Below, piece by piece: positions 1 through 5,014 of a DNA stretch of 5,014 nucleotides. The position numbers and the translations under genes are program-made. The notes under the pieces are model-generated. The model was not told the DNA's origin, searched no databases, and saw only the letters and a program-made list of their open reading frames with translations. Source of the stretch: Octopus sinensis (taxonomy: Eukaryota); the NCBI RefSeq assembly GCF_006345805.1, contig NW_021830289.1, positions 1 through 5,014 of the forward strand. The letters are read 5' to 3'. Position 1 is the first letter of the stretch. Each line of letters begins with the position of its first letter.

Positions 1-105
1 TTTTAATTGTATTGTTTTTACGTCCTGTTTTTGTCACTTTTTTTTTCCTTTTTTTTGTTTTACCCCCTCTGCAAAGGAATTTTATTTAATTCTTCGCAGA
101 AGGAT

Positions 106-178
106 TAGTTCGATGAGACGTGTTCTGTCCTCACCTTCGAAACATGCTGGAGTTGAACTAGGGACGGCTGATGAGGGG
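106..178 (+). ncRNA. Candidate strand-permuted, pseudoknotted hammerhead-like ribozyme
   Basis: GUU 122-124, stem I 125-131/161-167, CUGAUGA 168-174, stem II 175-178/135-138, GAAA 139-142, stem III 142-146/119-123, extra helix 106-113/153-160. Helices covary with the copy at 4395-4468. Confidence 0.5.
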
Positions 179-420
179 ATTTTTCCTTGTGTAAGTTGTC
201 TTGTACTCTTTTTTTTCGTTGTTAAAGGATGGTCCGTTCCATGCTGTTTTTACGTTTTCGTTTCTCGTTGAGTTCTACGTCTATTTGTGGGTTCCTGTAC
301 ACACGTATATATATTATATATGCATGTATATACATGTAGATGTAGGTATGTACATATATGTTTGTATGTATGCATATATTTTATTTATTATACTATTGTA
401 TGACTGAGCGCCTTCGCGTC

Positions 421-455
421 GATTCGATTCGATTCGTTTGGTTTGGTTTCGTTTC
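421..455. repeat. Pentamer microsatellite (GATTC)3(GTTTG)2(GTTTC)2
   Basis: Read directly from the sequence. Confidence 0.85.
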
Positions 456-469
456 TTCTTCTCTAAGCT

Positions 470-473
<4 letters not shown>

Positions 474-512
<39 letters not shown>

Positions 513-613
513 TGTATATGTATATGTATATCTATCTATCTATTTGTATATATATATATATATATATATAATATAATAATATATATATATTATATATATA
601 TATATATATATAT
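474..613. repeat. Compound (TA)n microsatellite with TATG/TATC/TAA interruptions
   Basis: Read directly from the sequence. Confidence 0.95.
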
Positions 614-695
614 GGGGGATGTATATATACATGTAGATATGTCTGTATGTACTTACGGTACATTGAGTATTAATGATACGTGTGTTTCGCAGATA

Positions 696-804
696 CAGTA
701 ATCCCTCAATTATCGCGGATTTTACGTTCCAAAATCCCCTGCGATAGTTGAACCGCGATAGATGTACCGCGGTAGCTGAACAGCGATATGGTGAGGGATT
801 ACTG
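696..804. mobile_element. 109-bp MITE, Tc1/mariner superfamily (pogo/Tigger-like ends)
   Basis: Perfect 13-bp TIR CAGTAATCCCTCA (696-708) / TGAGGGATTACTG (792-804), extendable imperfectly through TATCGC. TA dinucleotide on both sides (694-695, 805-806). CAGT termini with a TA TSD are typical of pogo/Tigger elements. Confidence 0.85.
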
Positions 805-941
805 TATAACATTTTCGCACAAGACCTCAAAGAAATAAACAAAAAATAACTTCCAAAGGAGTAAGATGCGTAAAATAATATATACGTACTCGATGTGTAT
901 GTATAAATGTGTGTGCTCGAAAGTGTGTCTGTGTCTGTGTG

Positions 942-1125
942 TCTTTTATCTTTAATCTTCTGATTGTTTTCCTCATAAGACTGTGACCATGCTGGGGCAG
1001 GGTATCGAAGAATTTAATGGAGCAAATTGATCCAAGGACTTGATTTTTCTCTTTTATCGTTCCTTTTTGCCGAACAGCTAAGTTAAGGAGGGCTGTGAAA
1101 CTGTGGTACGAGACAAACAGAAACG

Positions 1126-1128
<3 letters not shown>
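942..1128 (-). mobile_element. 3' tail fragment of tRNA-derived SINE (same family as 3400-3864), diverged
   Basis: Aligns to 3400-3600: CCATGCTGG, AGGACTT, TTTTTGCCGAAC, GCTAAGTTA, GACAAACA. The tRNA head is absent. Confidence 0.8.

Positions 1129-1158
<30 letters not shown>
1129..1158. repeat. (TA)n microsatellite
   Basis: Read directly from the sequence. Confidence 0.95.
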
Positions 1159-1162
<4 letters not shown>

Positions 1163-1327
1163 AGAATTTACAAAAAACAAAAGACGGTTGTGAAACAGAT
1201 TTATTAGTTTAACGCTTGGGAAGTGAGAAAGTCTTTTACGTTTCCAGCTTATGCCCTTCGACAGAAAGGAACACAGAAATAAACAAGGAGAGAAAATAGA
1301 AAAAGGTTTAGTGGCTAGTGATCTATC
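1159..1327 (-). mobile_element. Probable Penelope-like element terminal fragment between two (TA)n tracts
   Basis: Contains a degenerate minimal type I hammerhead-like motif on the minus strand (1233-1268). Family assignment is inference. Confidence 0.45.
1233..1268 (-). ncRNA. Degenerate minimal type I hammerhead-like motif
   Basis: Minus strand reads CTTT-CTGTCGA-A-GGGC-ATAA-GCTG-GAAA-CGT-A-AAAG: 4-bp stem I, palindromic ACGT stem III. A6 is replaced by U and the first stem II pair is broken. Confidence 0.4.
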
Positions 1328-1358
<31 letters not shown>

Positions 1359-1442
1359 CATATACATACATATATATATAGAGAGACATTATATATATAT
1401 AAATACATATATATATATACATATATATACATATATATATAC

Positions 1443-1473
<31 letters not shown>

Positions 1474-1496
1474 CATATATATATATACATATATAT

Positions 1497-1557
<61 letters not shown>

Positions 1558-1642
1558 TATGTATATAAATATATATATACATATATATATGTATATATTA
1601 TATATATATATATTATATATATATATATTTGTGTGTGTGTGT
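1327..1642. repeat. Long compound (TA)n / (TACATATA..)n microsatellite ending in (GT)n
   Basis: Read directly; explains the ORFs at 827-1582, 1251-1568, 1315-1554 and 1318-1644. Confidence 0.95.
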
Positions 1643-1941
1643 GAGGCGCAATGGCCCAGTGGTTAGGGCAGCGGACCTGCGGTCGTAGGACCGCTGTTTC
1701 GATTCTCGGACCGGGCGTTGTGAGTGTTTATTGAGCGAAAACACATAATGCTCCACGAGCCTCCGGCAGGCGGTGTTGGCGATCCCTGCCGTACTCTTTC
1801 GCCACAAGTTTCTTTCTTCTGTTGGCCTGCTCGCTTAGCCAGCGAGATGGCGTCATTTGAAGGCTAAAACAATGCGAAGCACATTGTGACCAGCGATGTG
1901 TAGCAACATCTGATAGCCTGGTCGGTCACGTGATCACGTGA
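1643..1941 (+). mobile_element. Apparently full-length tRNA-derived SINE
   Basis: Pol III A box TGGCCCAGTGG (1652-1662), B-box-like GTTTCGATTCT (1696-1706), tRNA-like head, ~200-nt body, 3' stem-loop (1888-1893/1918-1923 and 1895-1899/1906-1910), short-repeat tail (TCACGTGA)2. Confidence 0.85.
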
Positions 1942-1972
1942 TATATATATATGCATGTATATACACTATGAA

Positions 1973-2073
1973 TTTCCGTCCACTAAATTCAATCACAAGA
2001 AGATTTAGTGTCATCGAACCCAGAACCATGTTTTGGGGAAACAAACTTCTTACCACATAACCACGGCTTTCCT
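1973..2073 (-). mobile_element. Degenerate, internally deleted 5' fragment of the SINE family at 3400-3864
   Basis: TTTCCGTC..AAT..TCACAAG matches 3719-3747 and GAACCCAGAACCATG..CTT.CTTACCA matches 3807-3846. The intervening segment is largely missing. Confidence 0.75.
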
Positions 2074-2199
2074 AATGTCGAGACTTGTATTTTTTTAATT
2101 TTAAGTTTGGTACATACACTATAGTTGTTTTTTTTTGTCAAACCTCTAGGTTACGGAGTAATGAAAAGATACAATATATACAGATTAATTACAATCCAG

Positions 2200-2786
2200 T
2201 TCCGTTGTTAGCACTTACGTAATCACTTACGTAGAGGTCCGCAACACGTCAATGTGATCGTCATAGCAAAATATAATTTGCAGAACTGTACGTAAATGAT
2301 AACGTATGTAGTAACAAAAAACCTGGTTTGTGATTAATCTCTTTTGTTTTGCATCTTTCCATTTGTCGTTCTCGCTTACGTCGTAAGACCATTGGGGGTC
2401 GACTTCTAGCATAATGGATGCCCACTTAGTGGTCATCCCTCTTATATGTATCTTCAGATTTTTCCTATATGCTAGACCAGTGGTTTTAAATTGATATTAA
2501 TCAAATTAATATTCAATTTTTCACTCTTATTATTTTAAATTTAAATGTAAATAACGATGTTCTCTAACCGGCAAAATTCACTGCAGAGAATTATTCCCGG
2601 TATTTTGTTGAGCCAAAACGAAGACTTTTGAAATATAACCCCAAATGTAATTGGTAGAACTATATATATGTTGAATCTCATGCGAACGTCACGTGTATAC
2701 TTCTTCAAATTATATTTTGCTATGGCGATCAAACTGACGAGTTGCGGACATCTACGTCAGTGATTACGTAATTGGTAACAACGAAA
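2200..2786. mobile_element. Long inverted-repeat element (candidate old non-autonomous DNA transposon / foldback)
   Basis: 2200-2291 and 2695-2786 are reverse complements at 80/92 positions, ungapped (hand count), around a 403-bp AT-rich spacer. No TSD identified. Confidence 0.6.
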
Positions 2787-2941
2787 TGACTGACGAATAA
2801 CATCACGCTTGAAACTCAAGGGCACAAACGAATTTGAATCAAACCGTTTTGATCCATACATGTAACTCCCAATAAACTGGTTGAGTGCCCTTCTTGCGTT
2901 TGTCCACTCACTCTGTTTTTATATTTTTATAAATGCACTAA

Positions 2942-3088
2942 GTACAGGACATCAGCAACGAATGAAAAATATCTAACGACACAAGCGATAAGTACAGGAC
3001 AAAAGTACCAAAACATACACAATAGGTACAGAACATCACCAACGAGTAAAAAATACGTAAACACACAAGCGATAAGTAGAAGACAAAA
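2942..3088. repeat. Direct duplication: two 63-nt units with 84-nt period
   Basis: 2942-3004 vs 3026-3088, 53/63 identical (hand count). Confidence 0.85.
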
Positions 3089-3371
3089 TGCCAGTCCTAT
3101 ATTTATTTCCCATGTGCTTACGTATTTTCACTCGTCGGCGACGTCCGGTTCTTAATGTATTTTTTTATTGTATTTATCTATAATCGAACGTCACGCAACC
3201 TTGTCCACAGTAAAAATATAAGAGTGTATAAAATATTTTTACACAAAGAGGAGGTCATTGACAGGACTCCTTACGTGCTAAAAAGGCCAGTTGAAACCCA
3301 AACCATGAAAAAGAGAATTCATGAGGCACGCCGTTAGAACATTACAACGAACAAAAAAATATATACGATAG

Positions 3372-3399
3372 TATATATATATATATATATATATATATA
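3372..3399. repeat. (TA)n microsatellite
   Basis: Read directly from the sequence. Confidence 0.95.
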
Positions 3400-3635
3400 C
3401 TCTTTTACTTTTTTGCTTGTTTCAGTCATTTCACAGTGGCCATGCTGGAGCAAGTCGACCCCAGGACTTATTCTTTCTTAGCCTAGTACTTATTCTATCG
3501 GTCTTTTTTGCCGAACCGCTAAGTTACGGGGACGTAAACACACCAGCATCAGTTGTCAAGCAATGTTGGGGTGGGACAAACACAGACACACAAACATATA
3601 AACACAGACACAACACACACCACACCACACACACA

Positions 3636-3700
<65 letters not shown>

Positions 3701-3864
3701 TACGACGGCTTCTTTCAGTTTCCGTCTACCAAATCCAACTCACAAGGCTTTGGTCGGCCCGAGGCTATATTAGAAGACACTTACCCAAGTGCCACGCTGT
3801 GGAACTGAACCCAGAACCATGTGGTTAGTAAGGAAGCTACTTACCAAACAGCCAGTCCTACGCC
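3400..3864 (-). mobile_element. Full-length tRNA-derived SINE with CORE-like segment and internal (TA)n/(CA)n tract
   Basis: Minus strand starts GGCGTAGGAC; A box TGGCTGTTTGG (3844-3854), B box GGTTCAGTTCC (3801-3811), then CACTTGGGTAAGTGTCTT resembling the CCTTGGGCAAGT motif of CORE-SINEs. Internal (TA)n at 3642-3702; AAAAGA-type tail at 3400-3420. Confidence 0.9.
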
Positions 3865-3885
3865 AATATATATATATATATATAT

Positions 3886-3914
3886 TTAGCCCCTTGTGGG
3901 TAATAAAGAAACAA

Positions 3915-3915
<1 letters not shown>
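3886..3915 (+). other. 30-nt island inside (TA)n with small hairpin and AATAAA; possible extreme 3' end of a LINE
   Basis: TTAGCCCCTTGTGGGTAATAAAGAAACAAA: CCC-TTGT-GGG stem-loop, AATAAA at 3902-3907, A-rich end, flanked by (TA)n on both sides. Confidence 0.35.
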
Positions 3916-3945
<30 letters not shown>

Positions 3946-3961
3946 CTTTATTAAAAAATAT

Positions 3962-4143
3962 ACTGTTACTCAGAGTTTCACGTTCCTGTTCGTTGGACAA
4001 AACTGTCCGACGAACGGGAACGTGAAAATCTGAGTATCAGTTTTTGTGATATTATTGGTGCTTTTTAATAAAACATATCACTCCACCTCTGGTATTCGAG
4101 TATTATTTTTTCCGCTCTGTTTCGCATTTATGTGTTTACTCTA
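3962..4143 (+). mobile_element. Penelope-like pseudo-LTR fragment with a head-to-head inverted partial copy
   Basis: 38-bp-arm foldback (3962-3999/4004-4041) whose right arm is a minimal hammerhead; AATAAA at 4067-4072; ends in (TA)n. Minimal type I hammerheads and inverted partial terminal repeats are known PLE traits. Confidence 0.65.
3999..4044 (+). ncRNA. Minimal type I hammerhead ribozyme motif, CCGACGA core variant, two point defects
   Basis: AAAACTGT-CCGACGA-ACG-GGAA-CGT-GAAA-ATC-T-GAG-TA-TCAGTTTT. Stem II perfect; stem I 7 bp plus one mismatch next to the core; stem III has A in place of C at 4028. Confidence 0.65.
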
Positions 4144-4144
4144 G

Positions 4145-4187
4145 TATATATATACATATACATATATATATATATATATAATAAATT
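4145..4187. repeat. (TA)n / TACA microsatellite with AT-rich end
   Basis: Read directly from the sequence. Confidence 0.9.
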
Positions 4188-4394
4188 AATAAATAAAATA
4201 AAACATATGCATATATATATGCATGTATGTACGTACCTACCTCTACATGTATATATACATGCATATGTGGGTACAGGACACGAAAAAAACGTCGAACACA
4301 ATGAGAAACGAAAACAAACACAAAACCAAGGAAATTGACATTTTTCTTAAACAACGAAAAAATAGAGTACAGGACATACAATACAAGGAAAATT

Positions 4395-4468
4395 CCCCTT
4401 CTTCAGTCGCCTTTGTTTCATCTACTCCGCGTTCGAAGGTCAAGGCGAGACACAACTTTAATGAAACA
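4395..4468 (-). ncRNA. Second copy of the candidate permuted hammerhead-like motif
   Basis: Minus strand: TGTTTCAT-TAAAG-TTGTGT-C-TCGCCTT-GA-CCTTC-GAA-CGCGG-AGTAG-ATGAAACA-AAGGCGA-CTGAAGA-A-GGGG. GAAA is one A short. Confidence 0.45.
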
Positions 4469-4614
4469 TTCCTTCCCGCGAAAAGCAAATTAAATAAAAT
4501 TTGAGATCTTTTGCGGAGGGGTAAAAATGGTAACAAAAACAGGACAGTAAAGACAGTACAAAATATAAACAGTAAAGGACGAGACAAGGAGAATAACAGT
4601 AACACAAACATTGA

Positions 4615-5014
4615 GGGCTGTTAAGCCAGAACGAAATAAAAAATATTATGAACGCTTTTGAGGACGGCAAGAGAGAGACAGGAAAGACATCCACACTTGA
4701 AGGAAGCCAGGTCAGAAAGACAGTAGCAGAGCTCTCGTCGCGGGTCAACGACGGGAGGGAGGAGGATGAGCAAGAGAAAGGGAGAGAAAAAAGGGAATGG
4801 TTGTAGAGAAAACCAGTGGGTGTGGGTGTGTGCATGTATTCCTGCCGGTTTTGCGGCACCGTGTGTCCTAGTTGATCCGAGCAACGGAACCACCTGTTCG
4901 TGAAATTAACGTGCAAGTGGCCGAAGACTCTACAGACACGCATACCTTCAACGTAGTTCTCAGGGAAATCCAGCGTGACAAAGAATGTGACAAGGTTGGC
5001 CGTTTGAATTACAT
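4615..5014 (+). pseudogene. Decayed reading frame, possibly the N-terminal part of a retroelement ORF
   Basis: GLLSQNEIKNIMNAFEDGKRETGKTSTLEGSQVRKTVAELSSRVNDGREEDEQEKGREK (frame 1); a frameshift near the A6 run at 4787-4792 leads to GMVVEKTSGCGCVHVFLPVLRHRVS* (TAG 4869-4871) then LIRATEPPVREINVQVAEDSTDTHTFNVVLREIQRDKECDKVGRLNY, open to the window end. Composition is protein-like; no domain recognised. Confidence 0.4.

Larger units (their letters stand above)
1..473 (+). mobile_element. Retroelement terminal-region repeat, copy 1 (probable Penelope-like family); runs off the window start
   Basis: 1-390 aligns by eye to the reverse complement of ~4188-4563 (shared TGTCCTGTTTTTGT, TTTTACCCC, TTTTATTTAAT, CCTTCGAA, CTGAWGA-GGGG, TTTTCCTTGT, TTTTCGTTTCTC, CCTGTAC, TATGCATGTATATACATGTAGA). 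391-473 is included only because it is unique sequence continuing to the next (TA)n. PLE assignment is inferred from the hammerhead-like core. Confidence 0.55.
4188..5014. mobile_element. Second copy of the repeat at 1-390 (inverted relative to it), continuing into a decayed coding region; runs off the window end
   Basis: 4188-4563 is a diverged reverse complement of 1-390. 4615-5014 carries a broken plus-strand reading frame. Confidence 0.6.

Noticed and set aside
1643-1716. Possible tRNA gene
   Set aside because: A and B boxes are present, but acceptor and anticodon stems do not pair cleanly and it continues into a SINE body and tail.
2734-2810. CTGACGA-GTTG...CAAC-GAAA with a possible AUC triplet, and a second CTGACGA at 2790
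   Set aside because: No stem I can form, and the inverted partner arm does not keep the core (TTGACGT, CAACGGAA).
2942-3088. Repeat-spacer-repeat pattern as a CRISPR array
   Set aside because: Only two diverged 63-nt units, eukaryotic SINE-rich context and no cas genes.
3224-3244. Near-palindrome GTGTATAAAATATTTTTACAC
   Set aside because: Short and AT-rich; expected by chance at this base composition.
201-4381. Numerous ORFs rich in YI/IY/HT repeats (e.g. 827-1582, 1318-1644, 3417-3773, 4136-4381)
   Set aside because: They are translations of stop-free (TA)n/(CA)n microsatellites and SINE sequence, with no domain content.
4406-4468. HDV-like ribozyme reading on the plus strand (P1/P2 pseudoknot order, TCCGCGT resembling L3)
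   Set aside because: P3, P1.1, P4 and the J4/2 C-N-R-A motif cannot be assigned. The opposite strand explains the same helices plus the conserved core motifs.
4424-4520. Twister-like ends (ACTCCGC ... GCGGAGGG)
   Set aside because: The central P4 and T1/T2 pseudoknot sequences are absent and the pairing is not kept in copy 1.
4834-4896. YSCRFCG...H resembling a C2H2 zinc finger
   Set aside because: It is interrupted by TGA, flanked by stops and lacks the second histidine; likely an off-frame coincidence.
4458-4943. 161-aa minus-strand ORF (open to the window end)
   Set aside because: Its S/F/L/C-rich composition is what the antisense of a purine-rich strand gives. An F..RW resemblance to L1/Tx1 C-termini was too weak. 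The plus-strand broken frame looks more protein-like, though this is a judgement call.

Overview
AT-rich eukaryotic, repeat-derived DNA with no credible intact protein-coding gene. The many YI/IY ORFs are translations of (TA)n microsatellites. The SINE families look like those of octopus/coleoid cephalopods; this is my recognition, not a search result. The window holds: tRNA-derived SINEs (one full plus-strand copy; one full and two partial minus-strand copies of a second family); a 109-bp Tc1/mariner-pogo-type MITE; a 92-bp-arm inverted-repeat element; and fragments of three probable Penelope-like retroelement (PLE) families, each carrying hammerhead-ribozyme-like motifs. The most notable signal is in two diverged, oppositely oriented copies of one repeat (106-178 plus; 4395-4468 minus). 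They conserve, with several compensatory base changes, a four-helix pseudoknotted fold that places GUH, CUGAWGA and GAA(A)C in hammerhead geometry. The three core strands occur in an order matching none of hammerhead types I, II or III. Activity is untested and all folding was done by eye.
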